This document shows, piece by piece, positions 1-11,900 of a stretch of 64,000 nucleotides of DNA (within the stretch, counting starts at the first letter, position 1; every line of letters begins with the position of its first letter). The position numbers were made by a program, and so were the translations under genes. The stretch lies in the IMG/VR virus record IMGVR_UViG_3300047274_000223; one strand, written 5' to 3'. The notes below the pieces were generated by a model. The model was given only the letters and a program-made list of their open reading frames with translations, was not told the DNA's origin and ran no database searches. This DNA is from a virus.

Positions 1-1
1 A

Positions 2-163
2 AATACTATCAGAAATTTTGAACCTAGAGTAGAAGTATTAGACGTTACTGTGAGTGCTGCTGAAACATCAGATGATATAGTTTCTGTAGACATTACCTTC
101 AGAATTATTGGTGAACCTAATATTATAAACCAACAATTCATCCTAGAGAGACCTTCAAGTTAA
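2..163 (+). CDS. gp25: Baseplate wedge subunit gp25, 3' fragment (truncated by the window edge)
   Basis: Frame 2 reads NTIRNFEPRVEVLDVTV...QQFILERPSS*. The (N)FEPRV motif is typical of gp25. The stop overlaps the gp6 start (TAATG). Not in the ORF track. Confidence 0.85.
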   Translation, partial: NTIRNFEPRVEVLDVTVSAAETSDDIVSVDITFRIIGEPNIINQQFILERPSS

Positions 164-2895
164 TGAGACCTTCAAACTTAACATCTATAGATTTTGAAGA
201 AATTAGAGAGTCTATAAAGTCCTACATGAGGACTAGGCCCGAATTTACGGACTATGATTTTTCTGGTTCTACACTATCTTATCTGCTAGATGTCTTAGCG
301 TATAATACATATTACTCATCATTTAACGCGAATATGGCGTTAAATGAGTTGTTTTTGGATACAGCGACATTACGAGATAACGTTGCAAGTATTTCCAGAA
401 TGCTAAATTATCTCCCAAGGTCAGCAAAGTCTGCTTGGGGATGCGTTACTCTTACTGTACAGACAGATTTAAATACTAGTGGAAACTTCCCTACCCACAT
501 AACTCTCAAGAAGGGTCAAGTTGCCTCAGGAAACAATAGAGATAAGGGATTTTCATTCTGTATTCTACAAGACAAAGTAGTTGAAGTAGATAAAACTACA
601 GGTATTTCAGTTGTTGGTCCTTTTAAGGTATACGAAGGAGATTTGTTATCATATAGTTATACTGTAGATACTACAATTGATCAAAAATTTGTCATTCCAA
701 ATGAATATGTTGATATTGATACTCTTAGTGTATATGTAAAACAAAATGCTCAGTCAACAACAGTAGACAGATATAGTTTAGTAACAAACATTACAAATGT
801 AGACTCAACCTCAAGATCATTTTTTGTTAGTGAGTATGAAGATAGAAGATACGAAGTTACATTTGGGGATGGCGTTATTGGAAGAGCTCTTGAAGATGGT
901 AATGTTGTTATTATGGAATATGTTGTAACTAATGGACCAGATGGCAACAACATTAAGAGTATGAGATATGGTGGAACTATTGTAGATATTGATGGTAATA
1001 GCATCACTGCAGGATCCGTCAAATTTGAATTAAATTCCAAGACTCAACTTGGAGAAAAACCAGAAACACTAAAGTCAATCAAATTTAACGCACCAAGATT
1101 TTATTCTGCACAGAATAGAGCTGTAACAACTAAAGATTATGAAAATATCGTAAAGAGTATCTATCCAAATGCTCGCTATGTCATGGCAACTGGAGGAGAA
1201 ACATTAAGTCCTCCCATTTACGGAAAGGTCTATGTATCAGTTAAAACTAGAAACAATACAAAGTTAAACAATCTTACCAAGAAGCAGATTGTAGACGATC
1301 TCAGACCCTATACAATGGCATCTATTGAGGTTATTGTACAAGATCCAGATGAAGTTTTTATTGAATTGAACGTTTTGGTTGTTGCCGATTTGTTCCAGTC
1401 AGCAACTTCAGCAACTTCCAGTACACAAACAACACCAGATAACCTAGCATTGCCTGCAGGTAGCGCCGATCTAATTAAAGAGAAAACCCTGTTTGCAATT
1501 AAAAGATTTGCAGCTTTAGAAGATCTGGGCAATTTTAACAAGACTCTTTCAACATCAAAGATCCAAAAAGAGATTCTACAGTCAGATCCTGCAATTGTTG
1601 ATGTACTACTACAAGTAACTGTATATAAATTACTTGGATATCCTGAGGAGCAAAATAAAGGTAAGCCAATGACATGGGATGTCAATTTTGGTATTGCCTT
1701 AGATTGCTCCTGTTCGTCTTCACCTGGAGATGTAATTAAGACCAGTGGATTTTACACTGCAGAGAGACCCCAAACATTACAGTATCTAGAAGATGATGGT
1801 GCTGGTAACTTACGTCAATATTATATTGAAAATAATACAAAAGTTTATACAAACTTGTTTGCTGGTCTATATGATTGCGATAGTGGAATTATTAGAGTAG
1901 GTCCTATTGTTCCTGTTGGAGAAGCTGAATATATTCAATTATCAGTCAAACCAAAAAATCCAGCAAATATTGCCCCTGGTGAAGTAACTGGTAAATTATT
2001 AGCCAGAAGTGGTTTACTTCCTGGTACTAGTACCTCTTCTGGCGTTGGTACACCATCTGGAACTTTTACTGGTGCATCTGCTGGTGCATCTGCACCAACA
2101 ACAACTCAACAATTTACTGGTTCTTCAACTGGTCTTGGTGTTGGAGCAGCACAATCTTATGTACCAACAACACAAGCGACAAGATCCGTTCAAACTACAA
2201 CTACAGATGGATTAACTAATCTAGATGTTCCTGCATCTGTTGCAACCCAGAACTCAACTTCATCATTAACAAGTACTGGATTCCAGACACCCAATGCACC
2301 AGTTTCAATTAATGGAGTGACATTAAGCACTGGCGGTCAAATAGTTTCTGGCGGTACTCTTACATCTGGCGGTACTCTTACCGCTGGAGGAGCTATTACT
2401 TCTGGCGGAACAATCGCTGCTAGTGGAACTCTTACAGTTGGTGGAATTACTACTGTTGGAGTTGGTACTACAGCGGTTGGAGGTACAGCAACGGCAGGAA
2501 CTGCTTCTGTTGGTATTGCAGGAAATCTGGCAGTAGGATCGACTGCAACTGGCATTTCTGTAGCAGTACCTGGTACTACACTAGCAGCCGGAACTGCTGC
2601 TGTTGTAGGTCAAGGAGGAGCAGGTCCTGGAGGAAATATTGTAGTTCCTGGTGGTGGTGTAGTAGGCGGTGGTGGTGTTGTAATTGCCCCAGGTAATGCA
2701 GGAGCTCCTGGAGCAGTATTGCAAATTGCTCCACCACAAATTACTGTTGTTCCACCAGGTTCTGTACAGATTCCGAATTTCAATCCAGGTGGAATTGCTG
2801 TTGCTCCTGCTACGGCAATTAGTACTGTTCCACCTACTCTAGTAATCCCACAAATAGCTCCAGCACCTTCAAGTAGTGCAGGATGTTTTGCCTAA
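163..2895 (+). CDS. gp6: Baseplate wedge subunit gp6 with a long Gly/Thr/Ala/Val/Pro-rich C-terminal extension
   Basis: N-terminal DFEEIRESIKSYMR...FTDYDFSGSTLSYLLDVLAYNTYY and QNRAVTTKDYE motifs; position after gp25. Confidence 0.95.
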   Translation: MRPSNLTSIDFEEIRESIKSYMRTRPEFTDYDFSGSTLSYLLDVLAYNTYYSSFNANMALNELFLDTATLRDNVASISRMLNYLPRSAKSAWGCVTLTVQTDLNTSGNFPTHITLKKGQVASGNNRDKGFSFCILQDKVVEVDKTTGISVVGPFKVYEGDLLSYSYTVDTTIDQKFVIPNEYVDIDTLSVYVKQNAQSTTVDRYSLVTNITNVDSTSRSFFVSEYEDRRYEVTFGDGVIGRALEDGNVVIMEYVVTNGPDGNNIKSMRYGGTIVDIDGNSITAGSVKFELNSKTQLGEKPETLKSIKFNAPRFYSAQNRAVTTKDYENIVKSIYPNARYVMATGGETLSPPIYGKVYVSVKTRNNTKLNNLTKKQIVDDLRPYTMASIEVIVQDPDEVFIELNVLVVADLFQSATSATSSTQTTPDNLALPAGSADLIKEKTLFAIKRFAALEDLGNFNKTLSTSKIQKEILQSDPAIVDVLLQVTVYKLLGYPEEQNKGKPMTWDVNFGIALDCSCSSSPGDVIKTSGFYTAERPQTLQYLEDDGAGNLRQYYIENNTKVYTNLFAGLYDCDSGIIRVGPIVPVGEAEYIQLSVKPKNPANIAPGEVTGKLLARSGLLPGTSTSSGVGTPSGTFTGASAGASAPTTTQQFTGSSTGLGVGAAQSYVPTTQATRSVQTTTTDGLTNLDVPASVATQNSTSSLTSTGFQTPNAPVSINGVTLSTGGQIVSGGTLTSGGTLTAGGAITSGGTIAASGTLTVGGITTVGVGTTAVGGTATAGTASVGIAGNLAVGSTATGISVAVPGTTLAAGTAAVVGQGGAGPGGNIVVPGGGVVGGGGVVIAPGNAGAPGAVLQIAPPQITVVPPGSVQIPNFNPGGIAVAPATAISTVPPTLVIPQIAPAPSSSAGCFA
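2347..2472 (+). repeat. Degenerate 18-nt (hexapeptide, [S/A/V]GGTLT-like) tandem repeat in the gp6 extension
   Basis: tctggcggtactcttaca / tctggcggtactcttacc / gctggaggagctattact / tctggcggaacaatcgct / gctagtggaactcttaca and following units. Confidence 0.85.
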
Positions 2896-2903
2896 AAAAC
2901 ATT

Positions 2904-2911
2904 GTTAAATA
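2904..2911 (+). promoter_or_regulatory. Possible late promoter (GTTAAATA)
   Basis: TAAATA core in the short gap before gp7. Confidence 0.45.
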
Positions 2912-2934
2912 GATATACGGAGATATTTTAAGCA

Positions 2935-5900
2935 ATGCATAACGAACCCCAAGTATCCTTATCTGTTCTCAATCAGATTCCAGATTTTATCAGGGAAGAA
3001 CATCCACTATTTGAAGAGTTTCTACGTTCATATTATAGTTCGCTGGAAAGGGGTAGCGGACCTGTCAATATTCTAAATAATCTTCCAGATTACTTCAATC
3101 TATCGAAATATGATTTAAGGAAGTTAAATTCCACCACAAACTTAATTGGTAATATTTCACCAGATTCTAGAAATATTGAAGTTGAGTCAACGGATAATTT
3201 TCCAGATGAAAATGGAACTATTCTGATTGACGATGAAGTAATTTATTATGAGAGTGTTAGAAAATCCCCTAATGTGGTTTTAACTCCAGACATCTCTTAT
3301 AGTGAATTTAATAAGAAATTAATTACTCTTTCCAATCCATACGAGCAACTTGATGGGATAAGAGACACTTTTGACTTAAAAGCAAATAACGAACCAGTAT
3401 TTCCACCATCGGCAAGACACCTGATTGTAAGGTTATACAATGAAGTTTTGATCCCAGATGTAGATTATATTGTTCTTGGAGATAAAATTAAATTTACTTC
3501 TGTCCCAAGAGAGTTTGATCCAGTAGATCTTGGAGATTCATTTGAAGACATCAGTATTAAATATTTGAAAGGATTTAGTGAATCTACTATCACTACAATT
3601 GATAACATTGGAGTAATTAATACAGCTGTTGATGAAGAAAGATACGATTTCAATCTCAGAATTGATGGTGTACCTTTTGAACCATCATCATTAAGTTTAA
3701 TGGTCGTTATTGTAGATAATATTTTACTACGACCAAATTTAGACTATACCGTTTATGGTAGTTCTATCCTACTTAAGAATTATCCTACACAAAACTCATA
3801 CATTGGTGTTATCAATGCTCCATTATTATCGGTTGGTAATGGATTTGTTGGATATAGTGTAGTTAATAGTCAAGGGCAAGTAGAAAGAATTCTAGTTAAG
3901 AATGGTGGAAAAAATTATTCTATTGATAACACACCAAAAGTATCTCTTGTCAAAGGAGCTGGAAAGAATGCAACTGCTAGGGCTCTAATTAGTGGTGTTA
4001 AAGAAATTACATTATTGGAGGGTGGTAGAGGATATTCTAAAGAAAATCCACCAAGAGTTCTAGTCCAATCCCCAGATAATCCTGATGGATCCGTAGCAAG
4101 AGCCGCAGTAGAAGTTGATGAACAAGGACACGTATCAGAAGTTCATGTAACCTTCAGTGGAAGTGGATATGATTTTGTACCTAGAGTACAATTTATTAAT
4201 CCAACTGGTGCTGCTGTTGGAAATGTCGTTGTCAATCAAAATGGTTCTATTGTATCTGTAGATGTTCTATCTGGTGGTATTGGATACACTGTTGCTCCAT
4301 TAATTTATATTGATGATCCAATCGCCCCCAATGGTATTAAGGCATTACTTCAAGGGAATTTGGGTTCCGATGGAATACTACAATCCGTATCGGTATTGAC
4401 TGGAGGAACTGGGTATGATCAATATAATCCACCAAGAGTTGCGGTAATTCAACCAACAGGTGCTCAAGTACTGTCAGTTGATGTAGATTCATTTGGTAGA
4501 GTTGTTAATATTGAATTATTGAGTGGTGGATTTGGTTATGAGGATGTTCCTAGTGTTTATATTGTTGACGATAGAGTTGATAATATTGGAAATCCCATAG
4601 GTGGTACTGGAGCAACTGCAGTTGCTACTGTTTTTAATGGTGAGATTATTGATATTAATATTACTAATTTTGGTGAGGGTTATTCTTTAGAAGAACCTCC
4701 AAAAATCTTTATCTCTTCTCCAGTTGGAGCAAAAGCTTCTGCACAAATTGGAGAACAGCAGATTACTGGATTTGAAGTTATTGAATCTGGAATCAACTAT
4801 GTTAAATCTGAATTTGTTGGTTGTAGTAGAGGTGTGAGTGGTATTATTGGTTATGATTCCGATGAGAATGCAATTTTTAGTGGTGAGGATACTTCCACCC
4901 CATCACTACATCTTGAAGGATCTTTAGTTAAAGGTTTAGACTCAGTATTTCTAACTACCATACTAGATAGAATCGTAAAACAGTATATTCCAGGACTTCC
5001 AAAATTAGACTACAATACTGTTAATATTGCAAATATCCTAAGAACAGTAAAAGATTTTTATTCATCGAAAGGAACTAGGCAAGCAATTTCATATTTGTTT
5101 AAGGTTCTTTACGGTGTAGATATTGATATCTCGTATCCGAAAGATCAAATCATTAAGCCTTCAGCAGCATCGTGGTCAATCGATACTATCTTAAGAGCAA
5201 GATTAATTTCTGGTAATCCAGAAAATATTAGAGATACTAGCATTATTCAGGAAGAAGATGCTGTAGATACTAATGTCAAATATGCTGAAGCTACGGTTGA
5301 AAACTTTATCGCAATTCAAACTTCAGACTATGATGTTTATGAACTAGTTTTGTCTGAAGAATCTATTGTTGGTTCTTTTACAATTCCATATAAGACTAAA
5401 CTGGCAGAACCAATGACGCCAGAAACTTCAATTATTACTGTAGACTCTACAATTGGTTGGCCGGAAAGAAATGGTGAAATTATTGTTGGTACTGAAATCA
5501 TTCGATATAAAGAAAAGTCATTAACACAATTTATTGAATGTACTAGAGGAATTAATGAAACACCAGGTTCTTGGGATTCTGGTACTATCATTTCTTCAAA
5601 TTTCTACATTAGAGCAAATCCAGGTACACAGAATGAAGTCGTCATGTCTGTCCTCGGTATTGTTGAGTCTAACAATACCACATTAACCGATGAAAGTAGT
5701 TATTACTTACCTGGAGATAAACTGAGTATTTCTAAATTAGGATCTTTAGATGCATCTCCTCTTGTAACTTCATGGTTGTATAATGTTAAGAAACTAATTG
5801 AAGTTGAGTCAATTACATATGGTGGTATTGGAGATAGAACCGCAACCGTCACTTGTTCCAATCCACATGGTTTATTGGTTGGTGATCAGGTAACAGTTTA

Positions 5901-8900
5901 TGGTGCAAACCCAATTGTATATAATGGTTCTTTCCTAGTTTCTGCAAGAGAAAGTGCTTTAGTATTTAAGTATGAATTACCACAACCTGCGACATTAAAT
6001 CCACAAGGTAATATCTTAATTTCCGTTGATTTAAACAAAGGTAAGAGCGATGAGGAATCAATTAATTCTGCTATTACCAACTTTGCAACAAATATTCAGA
6101 ACACTTTCTTCAATTCATCTGATGTATATGTTGCGGCATCGGGAATTCCAAACTATAAGATTGGTCCTTTCTTAGGAACATCACTACTTCCAGGAAATCA
6201 GAGAAAGTTATATAGATTCCCAAGACTCCCACAAACAATTTCACTAAAGCCAGAAACTAAGTATGGATCAGTTGGTTCATTTATCAACGGTGTTTCGGCA
6301 TGGAATTATAAATCAAATGATATTTTTAAATATGGACCAGTAACTAAGGTAAATATTATAAATCCTGGCTCTGATTATGACGCAGATTCTCCACCAGTTT
6401 TATCAATTCGTGGTGGGGGAGGATCTGGTGCAGTCGGAAGTGTAATTGTAGACGGATCCGTAACATCCATTGAAGTCACTAATCAGGGTGATGGATATAC
6501 ATCATCACCACTAGTTTCGATTTCTGGAGGAAAAGGTTCTGGCGCATCAGCTACTGCAATTATCACAAACGGTAAGGTAACTCGTATTTTAGTAAATACG
6601 ACTGGATCTGGATATACTTCAGCACCAACAATTACTGTTACTGGCGGGGGAGGTTTTGGTTGTACTGCTGTAGCATCAGTTAGAGGTCCAATCAAAGAAG
6701 TTGTTGTCGAAGATTATGGAAATGATTACACTTCAGCACCTTCAGTTTCTCTGAGTAGTGGGGAAGGTGCAGCTGCTCAAGCATATGTAAGTAATGGAAG
6801 AATTCTGTCTATTGCTGTTATTGCATCAGGTAATGGTTACACTACTGCACCAAAGGTTGTAATTGTTGGTGAGGGATATGGTGCTGTTGCTATTGCAAAT
6901 ATTCAGACCGAAGGATCTGAAGCAGGAAAGGTAACTTCAATTACAATCCTAAACAGAGGTATTGGTTATAAACAAGGTACTACACAAATCAGATTAGAAT
7001 CTGTTGGTCAAGGAGCAGTATTTAATACTGAAATTTTTGGGTGGACATTTAATTTACAAGAAACCGTCAATTTTGATTATGCTAATGGTTCAATTTTTGA
7101 GGGATTCAATAAACAGTTTGGTGGTGAATATGGTCACGTATCCAATCCAAAGCAACTCAGATATGTTCTCGGAGATAACTTAACTGTTGTCCAGGGACAA
7201 ATTGTAGAAAAGGAAAGTGGTATTGTTCACTCCCCCATTATTGGTTGGGCTTTTGATGGTAATCCAATTTACGGTCCATATGGACTATCAGACCCAACCA
7301 ATCTTTCTAGTACAATTGTACCAATTAATAGTAGTTATGTATTAAAGAGTAATCTGGTATTTGACGCTCAAATCAATCCCACTCCAGTCAGAATTGATGG
7401 ACCATCCCTGGATGAATATCCAGCTGGTACTTTTATTGAAGATTATATCTATCAATTCAGAAGTGAACAATTCTATTTGGATGAATATAATGGTAGATAT
7501 TGCAAAACACCAGAGTATCCAGAAGGAACCTATGCGTATTTCATTACACTAAATTCTGATGGTTCTCCAGCATTTCCGTATATTGTTGGACCAAACTTTT
7601 ATTCTATTCCAGATTCTTGGAACTTGACTCAGTTTGCTGTTCAGTCAAATATCCCGTCTGGTATTGTTAGATATAGAGCACCATTTGAAAATGTTGATAT
7701 TGATGTTGATAGAGCTCCAAATGAAAGCACAAATGCACTAACTTTAGAAAATGGAGACATTTTAACCTTTGAGGTCGAAGATGAGAATAGAGATGGTGTT
7801 ATTGATGAATTTGAAGAAGGAGATCCAGATCAAATCTTCGAAGAGTCTAAACTACAACTATTTGATTACTTCCCCAAAATCGACTTTTCCTCAAAGGTCG
7901 ATATCGAAATTGAAACCACTACCAAATTTGAAGACGCTAAGATTAGTGGATTCCTAATCGAAAATGCGGGAGAAAATCATCAGGTTGGTGACAGACTCAT
8001 TTTTGATGATACTGGAACTGAAGGATATGGAGCTTCTGCTGTAGTTTCCGAAATTGTTGGTAAAAATATCACCTCATACAACTATGAATATAGTGCATCC
8101 CAAGATGAATATTTTGGTATTGTGCAGACAGATTCTCCACATAACATGGTTATCGGAGACATTGTTAATGTGACTACAGTTCCATTAATGGAACCAACTA
8201 CAAAGAGCATCTATGTTAGAACTATTCAAGGTCTTGAAGATGTTGTTGTAGTAACTCCAGGACTAGGATACGATCCAGAAATTGATATTCAAGCGGTAAT
8301 TGATAGTGATACTGGAATTGGTGCAGTTGTAGAACCGATTATTTCATCTACTGGTTCATTGAATGATGTGAGAATTATCAATTCGGGCAGAAATTATCTA
8401 ACGGATCCAAAAATTAGGATTTCTCATCCACAAGTACAGAAGAGATCTATTTATTTTGCAATTAGTAGATACTATGAAGGTTCAGTAAAGATCTTTAAGT
8501 CTATTTCAGATTCGTCAAAAAATACTTATATTGTTGGATCTGTAAAATCATCAAACAATGATACTCATGCATTTATTTCAAAGATTAATAGTGAAGGTAC
8601 TGTACTTTGGTCTAAGTCGCTAACAGCAATCCAACCAGGAAGTACAAAGAGAGCAGAATTTGTTGATATTGTGAAGAATGGATCTGATCTCTATGTAATT
8701 GGTAATACATATCCAAATACTCCTTCAGCAGATAACTTTAATCCTGATCTTCTCTTTGCAAAGTATACGGAAAATACTAGTGGTACTTCAGTAACATTAA
8801 CTTGGCAAAAAGAAGCTGCTGGTATTAGTGGTGTCTTAAGAAAAGACTATATCACTGGAATTTCTGCACTTAACAATAATATTATTATCTGTGGACATAC

Positions 8901-11900
8901 GACTACTAATTCTACTGGTGCATATGATGGTATCTTAATGTACTTATCTCCTGGTGGAGACATTTTACATAAGAGAAAATTAACATCAACAACAGGAACA
9001 GAAAAATTACTTGGAATTAAGGTTGATTCTGATGATAATATCTACGTTGTTGGTCAAACAGTAGAGAATAATTTACTTGTAGCAAAATTAAGAATCGTTG
9101 AGAGTAAAATTATTTCAACTTGGCAAAAACAGGTTGTTTATAGTGGTCAAGAATTCCATGATATTGCATTTGATATTGATGAATATGATGAATTGTTCAT
9201 CACTGCGTCAATTGGTACAACAACTAGAAATAAACTTGGTCTAGTTAAACTTGATGGAAATGCAAATGTTATCGCACAGAAGGAATATAGTATCCCAAGC
9301 ATTTATTCGATTATTGGAGCCGGATGTACTATTGATGTATTCTCCGATCTGAATGTTGGTTATTCTGCTGTTGATACCAACGGTAAGAAGACCTCAGGCG
9401 TAATTAAATTGGACTATAGGGGTAATGTAATCAATTCATATACTTTGGGTGGTGTTGAAGGTTATAACCTAGTGCAGGTCCTCTCGGACGTGTCTGGTGA
9501 TCCATACTTTGTGGGTAACATCCAACCAAATAGATCACAATTCCTATACAACGGAAATGACTATACCGATTTTATCGGTAGACAAGGCAATTTAACAACA
9601 TCTGGCACTGTAAGTATCAATACAGATCCAAAGTGGGGTACTAACGCATTTACTGTTGGTCAAAATGGCGTTCTATCTACTCCAACACTATCAAGTTCTG
9701 GTAATTGGACTGTTGATGCTTGGATTAAGTGGGACTCAGCGGCTACGGCAAAGGTTGCTCAAATTTTCAGAATCTATGATTCGTCTTTAACTGATGGTAT
9801 CAAGGTTCAATTATTTGCAGATAATAGTTCACCATCGACTTTAGGGAAATGGAGAATTTCAAATGATGGTGCTACTGTATCAACGTTCTCGGCATCAACA
9901 AATAATGTAACTCTTCTTTCTAGTGGTTATTACTATATTGCTGTCAATAAGTCATACAATTCTTCTACTGGTATTTCAACTTATACTCTATACTTTAATG
10001 GTACTCAGCAAGCACAAATTACATTAACAAATAATATCAACCCAACTCAAATTCAAGTTGGTTCGTCAACTACCTATAATTCTTGGCCAACGAAGATTGA
10101 TAGTTTCAGACTGTCAAATTATGCAATTACTGCAACAACTATTCCAACAGCGGCATTCTCTGGATACGATTATGGAACAGAAGTTGGTTACTTAATGAAG
10201 TTCGATAAGAATGCAGATGCAGAAAGAATGGGTGATATCACCTTAACAAATAATGGTATTATTACTACAAGAACTACATCGTCAATTAGTGATAATCAAC
10301 TAGAACTTCTAGTTGAAACATATGCTTTGGGCCCAGATGGTCTACAAGTGTTAGATATGAACGATACTACTTCATACCTAACACAAGACTATCATTTACC
10401 ATCATCATATGCTGATGTATGGAGCAGTAGAACTGCAACAATTCCCTCCCCTGGAGGAAGAAAGGCCGTATTTGAAACTAGTGCGTATGGTAAATACTTC
10501 TTTAGGCATTTTGTAATTGATAAGTTTGATAATGTTAGAGTCCTAGAAATCAATCAGGATTTCAATTTTGATATTGGTACTAGAATCAATCAGAAAAATT
10601 CTATTGGTTCAACAGTTGGTTCTGCAAGAATTGTCGATATCGACACATCTAACGATCTTTTATATGTTACCGATGTCTCTGGAACTTTCTCCACAAATAG
10701 TGGTTATTTAGAAAGTTCCGATCTCAAGATTAATGAAATTGAAGATTACACATTTGCATATATTGATGCTTCTAGCCCAGGAACTTTTGGCATCTCAATT
10801 CCCGCTGAGGTGGAAGCAACATTTAAAACTTACTCCGATGAAGATTATCTAATCAGAATTGATGAAATAATCACTGGAGCTTCTTATGCCAGAGGATCTG
10901 TAGTTTCTCTTGGACCAGAGTATTTTAGTTTCTCAGCAGATAGAAGATCTGTAACTATTTCTGGACTAGCATCCGTAACACAAATTACACTAATTGTCAA
11001 TTTAACAAAGACTCTTCAAATTGATTTAATTTCAAACACGAACAGAATCTTTGCAAGATCTACAACTTCGCACTATCTATCCGTTGGAGAAAACATTTAT
11101 ACAGAAACTGCTCCACAATATTCATATGCCGATGGATCTTTCTACATCAAAGAAATTTTAAGCAAGAAAGAATTCATTTTCGAAATTGATAGCGTCCCAG
11201 GATCGTTTATTGGAAGTGGTACTCAACTATATGTCTATGTTAAGCATCCTGTGTTTAAGTTCATTTATGGACAGCAGTATACTTTTGATGTTACTCACGT
11301 ATCGAATGAAGGTTACTATCTATCATTCTATAGAGATAATTTAAATAAGATTGAATATACATTCAAGAATATTGTTAGAAAGGGTATTCCTGGTAGAGAT
11401 GCACCAGGAGCATCTCCATTCATTTCATTCAAGGTCACTGATGATGTCTCAAATATCAGTTACTATGCAGACCCATCTAGAATTGGTCCAAAGAGCCCTG
11501 TTTCGAACTTCTCGTATATTGACGTTGTAAAGAGTCCATACATCGGTAAATTTGAAATTATCGAAACTTCTGGTGGTACAGTAACAGTTGGAGATAATAA
11601 GTTTAAATTTAAGATTGGTATTGATCCAGAAAAGAACGCACAATCTTCACTATCATCATATTCAACCCAATCGTCTAAAGTTGCTGGATCTATTGCAAAT
11701 ATTAGACTTGTTAATGGTGGAGGTTTCTATAAGAAACTACCTGTGATTACTGACATTCAATCAGTAAGAAAAATCGAAAGAGTTGAAATTAGAAGCCCTG
11801 GAACAGAATATCAACCAGGTGAATATTTTGGTGTACCTATTTTAGGTGATGGTGCTGGTGGAAAAGTCAGAATTATTGTAGATGAGAATAGTGATCCTGC

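Noticed and set aside
2009-2215. Alternative-frame and antisense small ORFs within structural genes (for example the Leu/Gln-rich 68-aa ORF in gp6)
   Set aside because: By-products of biased codon use in low-complexity coding sequence; no RBS or motifs.
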